Shown here one piece after another: positions 21,632 through 32,845 of a DNA stretch of 64,000 bases. The position numbers were made by a program, and so were the translations under genes. The notes under the pieces were generated by a model, which worked only from the letters and a program-made list of their open reading frames with translations, was not told where the DNA came from and ran no database searches. Numbering within the stretch: the first letter of the stretch is position 1; each line of letters opens with the position of its first letter. Origin of the DNA: an uncultured delta proteobacterium (lineage in GTDB: Bacteria > Desulfobacterota > Zymogenia > Zymogenales > Zymogenaceae); the NCBI GenBank assembly GCA_963735595.1, contig CAVTLK010000003.1:1-64000 (forward strand), written 5' to 3'.

Positions 21632-23274
21632 TTACCGATTGATAGCCTTTTCGGCGGCACCTATCAGGCCTTCGATGGATCGGTGATCTTTGCTGGAGGC
21701 CGTCCCGATTCTGATCTCGATTCCGGGAACCTCTTGGTGATCTTTTCCCTCAGGCGTTGCGCCACGATGAGGGCCTTTGGTCGGTGGCGGTGAGCAGGAT
21801 GACGGCGAATTCGTCGTCCGTGAGGCGGTAGGCGCTGTCAAACTCCTTCCTGATGGATTGCCTCGACGATTTTTGCCGATCTCGACGGCGACCGCTTGAC
21901 CTTTCCGGGGCCGGCATCGGCCGTCTGATACGAGTCGAAGTTGTCGATCGTAAGGACCATCAGGCACAGCGGATACCCGATCCGCTCGGCCCTCTTGACT
22001 TCTTCAGCGATCTTGAAGAGAAAATGGCGACGGTTGTACAGACCGGACTCGGCGTCTTTGATGGACGACTGCCACAGGTCCTCGTCGACGTCTTTGTGCC
22101 GGGAAAGGTCGTCCATGCCGACGATGATATAGGCAGGCTGCCTTCGATTCGTCCTCAACGACGTCATAGGTAATTCGAACGGGAAAGATCGAGCCGTCCT
22201 TCCTCACGTTTATGGTATCTTTGGCAGAGGCTCTTCTTGTCGAGGATCTCGTGCATCGTCATCGGTTGGAAGATGCCGGGGGGAAAGAAGTCACTTATGT
22301 TACGACCGATCGGGTCTTCCTTTGCCTACCCGTGGCTTTCGGATACGGCGCCGTTGACGTAGTGGACGGTACCGTCCAGATCGGTGATGACGATCCCGAT
22401 TTGGAGGCGTTCGATAGCCCGGTACAGCGGGAGGACACCGGTTGCGGCCGCCGGCGCATCTCTTTCGGGTTTCGTCGCGACGCCGGGCTCGGGGACGCGT
22501 GCGTCGCCTTTCTCGGCGGTGTTCTGTTCGGCATTGATGAGGATGTCGGACATCTCGTCGGCGGAAAGGTCGATACCGGCGACTTCGCGCGTCTCTTCCT
22601 TCTCGTGGCGGCCGGGCCCGGATGCTTCCGGAGAGAGGGCGTCGCCTCGACAATCTCCAGGCCCTCTCCCTCGATGATCTCGTCGGGTACGGGCGCGGCC
22701 GCCTCGTGAGCCGTTTCGTCCGTGGCCGTCTGCGGCGGGACTTCCGCGCCGGACCGGTTACGTCATCGGTTCAAGCTTCTTTTTAACGTCCAGATCGTCG
22801 GGCGCCAGAGCGAAAGGACCCGCTCGAAATAGTACTTGGCCCGCTGGATGTCGCCGCTCTGCAGCAGGACGTCTCCGAGGGCCTTGGCGGCCATGAGGTG
22901 ATCGGGTTTGGCGGAGACGACCCGTTCGAGCTCTTCGGCGGCTTCCCTGATCATCCCCTTATCGAAATAGGCCAGACCCAGGACGACCCGTCCGCTGAGG
23001 TAGTCGGGGTGGTGCTTGAGGCCCTTGAGACACAGCCCGATGGCCTCGTCGTACATGCCCCGCTTGCGGTAGAGCTCGCCCAGGGTCGCGAAATACGCGG
23101 GAGGTGGGATTCTCGTCAAGCATCGCCCGGTATTTCTTGATTTCCGGGGTGATGAGCTCGTCGGAGGTGCCGAGGGGAGGGCTTGGCGGGTTACGCCGTA
23201 TCCGGACCGTCCGCTGCCCGGTGTTTCCGATCCTCGCGGCGTCGGTCTTGAGACCCTTGGGTCTTGACGGCCAT
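21632..23274 (-). CDS. TPR-PAS-degenerate GGDEF protein, second copy (frameshifted)
   Basis: TPR, PAS, DAESGLYNRRHF, AYRLTDDEFAVIL. Confidence 0.75.
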
Positions 23275-23366
23275 GAATGCGCCTATCTTCGGTGTGTCGT
23301 CAAAACCGTTTTCATACTACCATACGGGCCGCTGCACGAGTCAACGCGAAGCGGCGGCCGGCTTCA

Positions 23367-23903
23367 TCATTTCTCGAAAGCTCTCGACCACCAGCCGGTA
23401 CTTATCGTGGATCATCCGTCGGTCGAATTCGTAAAACTCGGCCAGCATCGCGTCCTGCTCTTCTATGGAGAAGTACTCGAGGATCGGAAAGAAGAACTCC
23501 TTGTCTTCCTTGCGTATGTGTACGGGATAAAACTCGACCAGCGTCGATTATCCGGTCGACGATGGTGTCGATGCTCTCGGAGTTTCCCGCGATCCAGCTT
23601 CCTTGGCGGCGACCAGCTCGGCCTGTCATCTTTCGGGCAAAGACGTGCTCGTCCAGGAGCTCCTGCATGATCCGCGCGTGATCGACGCTCATCTTCTTTT
23701 TCGCCAGGTCTCGAAAGAGGATATCTTCCTCTTTGCCGTGATGGGTCCTGTCGGCGTAGGTCCTGATAAAATCGACCGCGGTATCGATGAAGACGGTATC
23801 CACCTTCCGGTCGCGTGCCATGATGTCCTTTCGTCGTCGCGATCACCGCGATCATCCGCTCGATGAGCCGGTGCTCGTGCATCAGCGGGCCGATGGGTTT
23901 CAT
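23367..23903 (-). CDS. Hemerythrin/HHE protein, second copy (frameshifted)
   Basis: Mirror of 7712-8245. Confidence 0.8.
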
Positions 23904-24203
23904 GAAAGAACTCCTTGTTGAGTGCGTGAAAGTCTTTAGTGCATAAGTATACCATAATCGGGCGTATCGATGCAAGGTAATAGGTGTAAAGCCGGATGGC
24001 AAGGGTATGACGGTATGACGAGCCAGCCATATATGATATATGGGGCCTGAAAGCAAGACTCTGCGCAGACGAACGAAACCCGTGCATGGCCGGTCATCGT
24101 CTTCGCGCGGACCGACATGAGGTCATCCGTATCGGAAGAGGGAAAGGAGCGTATGCTGCCTAAATAGCCCGGGCGTGAGAGATTTGTCGGTCGCCGGAAA
24201 CGA

Positions 24204-24476
24204 TCACTTCCTGTTCTGCCGCTCCAGCTCCTTCTGGATCATCCGCTCCCTGATGGCGCCGGAGAAAACGAATACACCCATGAAATGGAAGAAAATACCG
24301 ATTCCCCATCCGAGGAGGGGCCAGATAAACCACTGGTATCCGTTGGGGCCAAGGGTCTCCCGGTTGATGAAAAAGAGGATGAGATTAATGCCGAGGTAAA
24401 CGCAGAGATGGGTGAAAAAGCCCATCTTCGCCCGGACCCGCTGTTCCGCCTTTCGGTATGCCTCCTTATTCTCCAT
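24204..24476 (-). CDS. 2TM domain protein, second copy (identical)
   Basis: Identical translation to 7142-7414. Confidence 0.85.
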   Translation of the reverse strand: MENKEAYRKAEQRVRAKMGFFTHLCVYLGINLILFFINRETLGPNGYQWFIWPLLGWGIGIFFHFMGVFVFSGAIRERMIQKELERQNRK

Positions 24477-24543
24477 TCTGAATTCCCTCACTTACCTAAT
24501 ATTTAAATAATATCCTACCCGGCCCGTTAAGGTCGGGCGCTGT

Positions 24544-25592
24544 TTACCCGATTATCTCAATGCCCCGGCCTTCGTCTACTTCCCCGACGACCCAGACCTA
24601 TCCGGCCGTCTTCGGCGAACCGCGACCTGACCTGGCCGAGTTTGTTTTTGGGTACGGCGGAAGAAGCCCCCGACGTCTCGGGCGTGTAGAGGAGCAGTAC
24701 GGTCTCCTCTGCGATGTCCCCGGAGATCCGTACGTCACGCTCATAGGTCTGCCGGTTGGCCATCGTGCCGCCCGGAAAGAGCCACTGCTCGGCATAGTCG
24801 GCGGCCCCCGGAAGGAACGGGAGGTCGCCCGCCTGAAAGCGAAGGAGTACCCGCCGTGCGCGGCGATCTCCAGGGCGTGGCCGATCAGGGCAAATCCGGT
24901 GACATCCGTCATCGCGTGGGCTCCCGCTTCCCTCAGGACGGCCGAGGCCTGCTTGTTGAGGCGCTGCATCCAGAGTGTTGCCTCAGAAACGTGGTCTGTA
25001 CGGGCCTCCCCGGCCTTGAGCGCGGTGGTGATGATTCCAACACCGAGGGGTTTTGTGAGGACGAGGATATCCCCCGGTTTCGCGCCCTGCTTGGTCAGGA
25101 CTTTTTTTGGATGGACAAAACCGATGACGGCAAGGCCGTATTTGGGCTCGTCGTCGTTGATGGTGTGCCCGCCGGAGAGGATCCCTCCCGCCTCGATAAC
25201 CTTGTCGGCCCCGCCGCGCAGGATCTGTCCGATGACCGCGGGCTCCATATCTTTGGGAAAGCCGCAGATGTTGAGGGCCAGAACGACGTCACCACCCATA
25301 GCGTAGACGTCCGACATGGAATTGGCCGCGGCGATGCTCCCGAAGTCGTAGGGATCATCCACGATCGGTGTGAAAAAGTCGAGCGTGAAGATGAGGGCCA
25401 GGTGTTCGTTCAGACGATAAACGGCCGCGTCGTCTCCGTCGTCCATGCCGACCAGGAGATCGGGAAACTTTTCCCGGGGAAGAGGTTTGTGAGGGTGCGC
25501 ATGACCTGCGCCAGCGGCTCGGGGGCCGTCTTTGCGGCTCAGCCGGCCGCCTTGGCGCACTGTGTCAGTCGCAGTTTTTCTTGTTTTTCCAT
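24544..25592 (-). CDS. selD: SelD, second copy (Sec TGA at 25539-25541; frameshifted)
   Basis: CAKAAG-U-AAK conserved; same motifs as the first copy. Confidence 0.85.
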
Positions 25593-25636
25593 AATCTCAA
25601 GCAAGCGGTTAACCTATGCGAAAGGCGGCGACGTAT

Positions 25637-25858
25637 CTACAGCGGCTCATATCGATCAAAGGGCACGCCGTTTTCTCCGAGGGTTTTCAGGGCGATTTCC
25701 TTGTCATCATCTCCGATGCGAACCGCAACGCCGCAGTCGCTGGAAAGGTGCCTCGGGACCGAGATCAACTTCGTCTCGATCCCGGCCCTGCCAAGGACCT
25801 TTTCGGCCCTGATGGAATGCCCGGTGGAAAACGTCAGGATAACTCCGTATTCATCCAT
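25637..25858 (-). CDS. DUF3343 protein, second copy
   Basis: VPRHLSSDCGVAV. Confidence 0.85.
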   Translation of the reverse strand: MDEYGVILTFSTGHSIRAEKVLGRAGIETKLISVPRHLSSDCGVAVRIGDDDKEIALKTLGENGVPFDRYEPL

Positions 25859-25953
25859 GCTCATTTACATTAGCCTGCCGGCAGGGGTGCATCATAGCAC
25901 GATTCAATAAATTTAAAACTAAAATTAAAACTATATGTATCGGGAATACCGCC

Positions 25954-27103
25954 TCATCGTTTTTGGGCAATTGCCGCCACTGCCGAGAGCGCCGCGTCGA
26001 TATCGGCCGTGGTGTTGAAGGGCCCGATGCTCAGGCGGACGGTGCCCTCGGGAAAGGTACCGATGGTCCTATGGGCGCGGGGCGCGCAGTGGAGCCCGGC
26101 CGGCACATGATGTCAAATTCCTCGGAAAGGCGGCGCGCCGTGACGCCGTTGTCGATACCGGCAATCCGAAACGAGACCGCCGCCGTCCTTCTTTCCGGGT
26201 CCGGCCGTCCCGTAGACCGTTACCCCTTCCATCGCTTCAAGCCCATCGATGAGTCGATGGACCAGCCCCGATTCGTGGGCGCGGATCTCGGAGAGACCGC
26301 GCGTGAGGATATAGTCAAGACCGGCCGAGAGTCCCGCGATGCCGGCGATGTTGCACGTCCCGCTCTCAAAGCGATCGGGGAGAAACTCCGGCTGGTATTC
26401 CTGTTCGGACCGGCTGCCGGTTCCGCCGTATACCAAGGGACCGATGAGCTTCTCGTCGAAGGAGGGGGAAAGGACCAGCCCCCCCGTCCCCGTCGGGCCC
26501 AGGAGCCCCTTGTGGCCGGTAAAGGCCAGCATGTCGATCGGGTCTTTGCCCAGGTCGATGGGCACGCACCCGGCCGTCTGGGCGGCATCCACCAGGTAAG
26601 GGACGCCTCGGTCGCGGCAGATGCGGCTGATCTCCCGATCGGCACGACGGTCCCGATGACGTTTGAGGCGTGCAGTGTGCATACGAGCCTGGCGGGGGTA
26701 TCCAGGGTGCGGGCAACGTCTGGGGGTCAATGGTACCGTCCGATGCCGTCTCGACCAGGGTTATGGTCACGCCCGCGGCCCTCCAGGAATCTCAGCGGCC
26801 GCATGACCGAATTGTGCTCCATGCCGGTGACAACGACTCGATCGCCGGTTGCGACCATCCCAAGCAGGACAAGGTTTAACGCCGCGGTGACGTTTGCGGT
26901 AAAGACGACCCGCTGGGGATCGGCGTGGTTAAACAGGCGTCCGATCGCCTCCCGCGTACCGTAACGGATTCGCTCGGCCTCGACCGAGAGGTAATGGCCT
27001 GATCGGCCCGGATTTGCCCCCACACGGGTCATGAACCGACGATCGCTTCGGGGACCGTTTGGGGCTTGGGGAAGGACGTGGCGGCGTTGTCAAGATAGAC
27101 CAT
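25954..27103 (-). CDS. Cys/Sec desulfurase, second copy (frameshifted)
   Basis: MVYLDNAATS, FTGHKGLLGPTGTGG. Confidence 0.8.
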
Positions 27104-27166
27104 GGTTTTTTTCTCACTTGGGAATAGTACGGGCGGCCGCCCGTCGGGGCGACCGCCGAAACCCGC

Positions 27167-27378
27167 TTATTTTTCGAGCGTGATGACGAACTGATCGTCT
27201 TTTTCTTCGTGACCGGCGGTCCAGCCGAGCTTCTCCGCCGACCGGCTTACATTATACACCTGTGTCATCGTATCGACAAGGACGGTAATACGGCCGCCCT
27301 TGGCGCCTTGAGCACGTCCCTGGTCATGATGACCGGCTGAGGGCACGAGAGTCCCCGCGCGTCAATGGTCTTTGTCAT
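27167..27378 (-). CDS. TusA/YedF-like carrier, second copy (1-nt indel)
   Basis: MTKTIDARGLSCPQPVI. Confidence 0.8.
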
Positions 27379-28486
27379 GCGTTGCCTCCTTTCTCGATCG
27401 AGAGAAAACCGATCAAAAGCACGACCGCAAGGCCGATGCCCATCGCCCAGGCGGCAAAGGGGGCGGCCCCGGCCGCGTTAAAGTTGTGGGAAACGGCGGC
27501 CCCGGTCAGCATGCCGAGGACGAAGACACCGGCGTCTCCATCTCCCTCGCCCGTCAGGAATATCTGGCGTCCCGGGCATCCACCGGCCAGGGCAAACGAG
27601 AGCCCCGCCAGGATCATTCCCCCGAAGTTAAGGTACCAGACGGTGTGGGCGGCGGGCTGGTTGATGAGCTTACCCGTCTCGTCGAGGCCGAGGGTAAAGC
27701 CGGGATGAAACTGGCCGAGCAGCAGGTTTGCGCCGAAGGCGGCGACAACGAGCGCGATTACGCCGGAGGCCAGGTGCCAGTCATTCATGAGGATGACGTC
27801 GCGGATCGCGCCCATCGTGCAGAACCGGGTCCGCTGGGCGACGAATCCGATGATGAGTCCCGCACCGATCGACACGGCGATCGGCGCCGCCATCGACCCC
27901 GGACCCGCGACGCTCCTAAAGAGGGCCATGTTCTCGCCGAAGGAGGGATAGAAGACGGCAAGGATCACGAGAGCAGGCCGCCGCCAGGGGGATGAGCCAG
28001 GCCAGCCGGTTGTTTTCGTGCCGGCTCCTGCCGAGGGAATAGCCGTTCTTCAGGAAGAGAACGCCGACAGATATACCGGCAATCAGCCCCGCGATCCCGA
28101 CGATCGCGTTCCAGTCGCCGCCGGCAAGCCTCAAGAGCGCACGCCAGGGGCAGCCGAGGAAGATCAGGGCGCCGATCATGGCAAACATCCCCAGGGCGAA
28201 CCGAATGATCGGGGCCGATCCCGTGCGGAACCGAAACTCCCCGAAAGAGACCGCGGCGATAAACGCCCCGAGAAGGAGCGCCGGTATCTCGGGCCGGAGG
28301 TACTGCACCATCAGCGGCGCGGTGAAGGCCCAGTGCCCCGGCGACGTCCCGCAAAAAGCAGGCCATGCAGATACCCATGTTGGCGGGATTGCCCATCTTT
28401 TGCAGATAGACCGCGATGATCCCGATGAGGGCGCCGACAACGATGATACCCCATCGGGATGCGAAAAACCCAAGCTTCTGTTTCAT
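27375..28486 (-). CDS. yedE: YedE, second copy (frameshifted)
   Basis: Mirror of 3136-4245 across three frames. Confidence 0.85.
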
Positions 28487-28684
28487 GGTTTTTCACTCCT
28501 GTGATGAACGAATAATAGAAAGGGGTACTCCCGTAAAAGGGTTCCCCCGAACCCAGTCGATTTATTTGTTGGATTGTTGTCAATTGTCACGGCGTTTAAA
28601 AAAAGGACAAATCCGGCGACGCGGTGAAAACGATGGCGAACTCCGCCGGCGGTATACATGTTCTTTTTGTGAGGTGATGCACAG

Positions 28685-28829
28685 TGCGCCCCGTTCCGTT
28701 CTTCCCGGACGGGGCACGAGGGCGTGTCAGCCCGTGAGCGGGAAGGCGGAGGATACGGCGTGTCTGCGGGACCGCCCGGGTCCCGTGACCGCGCCTCATC
28801 TGATGGCTATGAAAGTTCGCCTACTACAT
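28685..28829 (-). other. Second copy of the double-UGA leader with SECIS-like hairpins
   Basis: TGA at 28796-28798 and 28727-28729; reads SRRTFIAIR-U-GAVTGPGRSRRHAVSSAFPLTG-U; one extra base after the ATG. Confidence 0.55.
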
Positions 28830-28903
28830 CGTCGTTTATTATTTTCCAAGATAGTGATTATGCATGATTGCCGAATTGTCATGTCAAGAGTTTTTTGACG
28901 CTC

Positions 28904-29341
28904 TCATATGATCTGGTCGAGGATATCGGCGGCGTCGGCAACGAAACGGGGACAGAGGGTCGAAAAGAGGCCCCGTTCAGATGCCTGTTCTTTGCCCTCG
29001 GGCGTGGAGATATCAACGCCCAAAAGCTCGCGGCAGGCGATAGACCCATGTCGCTCGGTGAACCGGAGCATGAATTCCCGCGATATCGTAGGTCTTTTGT
29101 TTGGCGGCATCGCCGGATGCCTCGACCTGCCGTGTTTTGCCCCGATGACCATCAGGGCCCCCGTCACGGCCCCGCAGGTCAGTCCCATGGATGCCATGCC
29201 GCCGCCGAAGGCGGTCGATATCTTCAGGGCGGTCGCCCGGTCAAGGCCCAATTCTTCGGCGAATGCCGAGAAGACCGCCTGGGAGCAGGAAAAGCCCTCG
29301 GAAAAGGCGGCAACGGCGGTATCGGTTTTGGTTCTATGCAT
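28904..29341 (-). CDS. C-GCAxxG-C-C protein, second copy
   Basis: Same Cys motifs; local compensating indels. Confidence 0.85.
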   Translation of the reverse strand: MHRTKTDTAVAAFSEGFSCSQAVFSAFAEELGLDRATALKISTAFGGGMASMGLTCGAVTGALMVIGAKHGRSRHPAMPPNKRPTISREFMLRFTERHGSIACRELLGVDISTPEGKEQASERGLFSTLCPRFVADAADILDQII

Positions 29342-29404
29342 GATCATCCGGAATTGGTTACATAGAATTTCCCGTTTATAAACAGGGCCCTCCGAGAGCG
29401 GCGT

Positions 29405-29875
29405 TTATATATCGGGATATCCCGCTTGATCCGTTTTTCAAAGTCGACCATGGTACGGTTGTACGCCTTGTCCATGAGGGGCGAGGAGATCATGAAGTCG
29501 GCGGTGGAGCGGTTGCAGGCCATCGGGACGTTATAGAGGACGCCGATCCTCAAGAGCGCCTTCACGTCCGGGTCGTGGGGATGGGACTGCATCGGGTCCC
29601 AGAAGAATATCATGAAGTCGATGTTCCCTTCCACGATATTGGCCCCGATCTGCTCGTCGCCGCCGAGCGGCCCGCTCTTAAACGACGTGACATTGAGGCC
29701 CAACTCGTCAAACAGGAGCCTGCCGGTGGTGCCGGTCGCAAAGAGCTCGTGCATCGAGAGCGTGAGCCTGTTGAAGTCGGCCCATTCAAGGAGGTCTTTT
29801 TTTCGGTCGTCGTGGGCGATGAGGGCGATCTTTTTTCTCTTGCCGATAGGCGACATGATTAATTGTTTCTTGCAT
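29405..29875 (-). CDS. mgsA: Methylglyoxal synthase, second copy (indels near ends)
   Basis: Same motifs as 1727-2197. Confidence 0.88.
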
Positions 29876-29949
29876 ATACCATTATTCCTTTTCGGGTGAG
29901 TGTGGGGGTAAGCACCAGCGGCGATTCGGAGCCGGCCCGCCTTCGGTTT

Positions 29950-30486
29950 TCAGGGGATGAGCCCGAAGCTCTCAACGACGTGTTTGAATTCGGACCGCCG
30001 TTCCCGCAGCTGCCGGCGGGTGCCGGATATTTCTACCGTATACTCCCTGCCGTTGCCGTAGACTTTGACGTACCAGTGATTGAGGGCCTGATCGTCGTCC
30101 GTATTGACTTCCTTGTACATGAGGGCGTAGCCACCCTCGACGCTCAGGGTTTCGAGGTCCTCGTAGCCGCTGTCTTTTTCGGCGATCATCTCCTGGATTT
30201 TTTTCATTTTCGTATTGTAAAGCGAGACGGCCGAGAACCGCTTGGGGACCTCATAGGCGACAACGCTGATAATCGGAAAGACCGCGTCCTCGAATTCTTC
30301 CTTTTCGCCGGGAAGATATATCCACGAGGTCTGCATACCCCAATCGCCCTGCATGACAAAACCGTCGGGAATGTCCAGCCGGTAACCGTACTTCTCGTTT
30401 TCGTAGGGAGTAAAGGGTGAAGGGTCCGATCCCATCAGGAACATACAGAGAACGATGAGGATTATCCCGATAGAGTATCTTCGCAT
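29950..30486 (-). CDS. Exported hypothetical protein, second copy
   Basis: Homologous to 1114-1656. Confidence 0.7.
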   Translation of the reverse strand: MRRYSIGIILIVLCMFLMGSDPSPFTPYENEKYGYRLDIPDGFVMQGDWGMQTSWIYLPGEKEEFEDAVFPIISVVAYEVPKRFSAVSLYNTKMKKIQEMIAEKDSGYEDLETLSVEGGYALMYKEVNTDDDQALNHWYVKVYGNGREYTVEISGTRRQLRERRSEFKHVVESFGLIP

Positions 30487-30614
30487 AGAGGGGGCTCCGT
30501 TTGATTAATAATGGAGTATCATATCATACTTTGTTTTCCTGAGAAAGGAACAAAACGGTAGCGTTTTCAATTAATTCTTGGTAGTATGTGCAGTAAACGC
30601 GGGAGGAAAACGGT

Positions 30615-31292
30615 ATGAAGATCTTTGTCATAATCATTCCATTGCTCGTGATCTCGGTATCGTTGCTGGTCAGGCTTGAGATAAAAAAACAGAAAAAGGG
30701 CATCTACAGCGCAAAGCCGATCTCAACCATCCTCGTGATCGTCACCTGTCTGCTGTCTCTTTTTGATATCGGGGCCTCGGTTCCCTTTACGCTGTCGATT
30801 CTCCTGGGCCTCCTCTTTTCGTTCGGCGGGGACATGGCCCTTATGTTTCAGGAAAGGGCCACATACTTTCGCGCGGGACTCGTACTCTTTCTCGTGGCCC
30901 ATATTGTCTACGGCGGCGCCTTTGTCTCCTTTGCCGGTTCGGTGCCCCAGTTCCCGCTGATCGCGGCCCTGTTCTTCGGCCTCGGTACGGCCATCTATCT
31001 CCTGCTGCTTCCCGGACTCGGCAAGATGAAGGTATCGGTGGGCGTGTACATTCTTATCATCTCCTTTATGGCGGCCGCGGCCGTATCGACCCTCTATTCG
31101 CCCGGACATAACGCCCAAGACGGCGATCCTCGTGACGGCGGGCAGCCTCCTCTTCTATATCTCGGACGTGATCCTTGCCCTCAATCGGTTTCGGTTCCCG
31201 ATGAAGTACAATCGGCTCTCGCTCGTACCCTATTACGCGGGGCAGTTCATGATCGCCGCTTCCACCTACTATTTTGTTCTGAGGTGGTGTAG
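30615..31292 (+). CDS. yhhN: YhhN protein, second copy (frameshift near 31105)
   Basis: N-terminal half in ORF 30615, C-terminal half in ORF 31132. Confidence 0.8.
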   Translation: MKIFVIIIPLLVISVSLLVRLEIKKQKKGIYSAKPISTILVIVTCLLSLFDIGASVPFTLSILLGLLFSFGGDMALMFQERATYFRAGLVLFLVAHIVYGGAFVSFAGSVPQFPLIAALFFGLGTAIYLLLLPGLGKMKVSVGVYILIISFMAAAAVSTLYSPGHNAQDGDPRDGGQPPLLYLGRDPCPQSVSVPDEVQSALARTLLRGAVHDRRFHLLFCSEVV

Positions 31293-31422
31293 AGCCGTCT
31301 CCGGAAGCGTCTTCCCTCAATATCGGCCATCCAGCGCGCGCCTGATCGGCGGCGGGCAGCTGCCGTCCCGGTCCGTGACCCGGGGTATGCGGGCAAGCCG
31401 CCCCGCTTCGGAAGGACCGGCC

Positions 31423-32823
31423 TCATTTATGGGCGATTTTGCTACCGGACACCGCCGAAGGCCGGTTGCCCGCCGTTGACGTCTCTTCCCTCGAAGTTCG
31501 CCAGGATCCTATCCTTGACACCGCCCACCGACAATCGTTGCCGCCGAGCCGGAGGTTTTCGGCGTTCTCCGGACTGATCTTGAGGCGGGTGGGGGTCTTT
31601 TTGACCCGTGCGATCATCTCGGGATCGTCAACCATGTAGGGCGAGATATAGACGAATCGGATGTTCTTGAAGCGGGGGTCCTGCTGAAGGAACATAATGG
31701 TCAGGTAGGTGAGGTTTTTGCCGCGATACGAGATGATCTCGCGGCTGCGCTCGATGAGGGCGGTCGGCCCGAAGCCCCTGATGGAATAGATCGAATCCTC
31801 GGGGTCCAGGTGCTGGTTGGCGTCGATGATCAGTATTAACCCCCTCACGAACCGCTTCTTCTTGGGCCGGTTATAACGATCCATGAAGAGCTGTATAAGC
31901 GTCTCCAGCCCCAGCGTATCGGAGATTCCGCCATCGTTGACGTGGATATAGGCCTCCCGCTCGGGGGTCGATCTCAATTCGTCTTTGAGCACGACGGGCC
32001 CGAATACCAACGGTACGCCGGCCGAAGCGACCACCGCCCGTGAGACGGTCATCTCACCGATGGAAAGGCCGATGTCCCGGCAGAATTTCACCCCGAGCAC
32101 GTCGGGATCATAGACAATATTACTCTTCATGATACCGGATCCGGTGCCTGCGTATCCGTTCAGGAGAGAGCGGTTGGCGAACTCCGATCGGGGCAGGGTC
32201 GTAAACAGGAATTTGGCCCCCGAATCCATCTCGGTGCCGTTGATGATAAGCGTGGGGCTGACGCCCGCCTTTTCCCGCTTATAGAGATCGTCAAACGTAC
32301 GTCCGTAATAGAAACGGTCGTCCAATTCATGCATCAAGACGATGCCCTTCTGTTCGTCGGTGAGCAGCAGACGGAACCACTCGCTGGGGCGGGAGAGCAT
32401 CCCGCCCTGGATATTTACGCACATGTCGGTCTTGAAGCTCTCGAAAAAGGCATCGTATTCGGATGTATGGGTGGTGTCCATCTCGGGCTTATTGAGGCAC
32501 CAGTAGGCTGACGATATGCTGCCACCCGAGACGCTCGATATGTAGTCGATCTCGTCGACGATGCTCCTGCCGTTGGGGAGCTTCACCTGCCGATAGAGCT
32601 CCTCCATGACGGCGGCGCTCCAGACGGCCGATCGGCTCCCGCCACCCGAGACTGCCACAGCCAGAAAGAAATCGCCTTCGTCAGCCGGGATGTGAGACTC
32701 GTCGTCGGCGCGTCGATCGTAAACGATCTCATCGTCCGCGATGGGGCTGCAACCGACCGCCCCCAGAACCATAAAAGAGATGATAAGGGCGAAAAGGAGG
32801 AGGGTAGTTCCGAACGTTTTCAT
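31423..32823 (-). CDS. Patatin-like phospholipase, lipoprotein (1 of 3)
   Basis: LGAVGC lipobox; VSGGGSRSA, SSVSGGS, ASAGVP, DGG. Confidence 0.85.
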   Translation of the reverse strand: MKTFGTTLLLFALIISFMVLGAVGCSPIADDEIVYDRRADDESHIPADEGDFFLAVAVSGGGSRSAVWSAAVMEELYRQVKLPNGRSIVDEIDYISSVSGGSISSAYWCLNKPEMDTTHTSEYDAFFESFKTDMCVNIQGGMLSRPSEWFRLLLTDEQKGIVLMHELDDRFYYGRTFDDLYKREKAGVSPTLIINGTEMDSGAKFLFTTLPRSEFANRSLLNGYAGTGSGIMKSNIVYDPDVLGVKFCRDIGLSIGEMTVSRAVVASAGVPLVFGPVVLKDELRSTPEREAYIHVNDGGISDTLGLETLIQLFMDRYNRPKKKRFVRGLILIIDANQHLDPEDSIYSIRGFGPTALIERSREIISYRGKNLTYLTIMFLQQDPRFKNIRFVYISPYMVDDPEMIARVKKTPTRLKISPENAENLRLGGNDCRWAVSRIGSWRTSREETSTAGNRPSAVSGSKIAHK

Positions 32824-32845
32824 TGTTATCAACCGCCTCGACGAC

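Larger units (their letters stand above)
1..31628. repeat. Giant inverted duplication (arms 1-15697 and 15721-31628, 23-nt spacer); probably extends beyond the left edge
   Basis: Gene order is mirrored. Centre reads gttaccggatcataaccgaaaatat|ccaggacccagacggtatcccgc|atattttcggttatgatccggtaac. Position 1 (acgatccc) mirrors 31621-31628 (gggatcgt). Confidence 0.97.
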
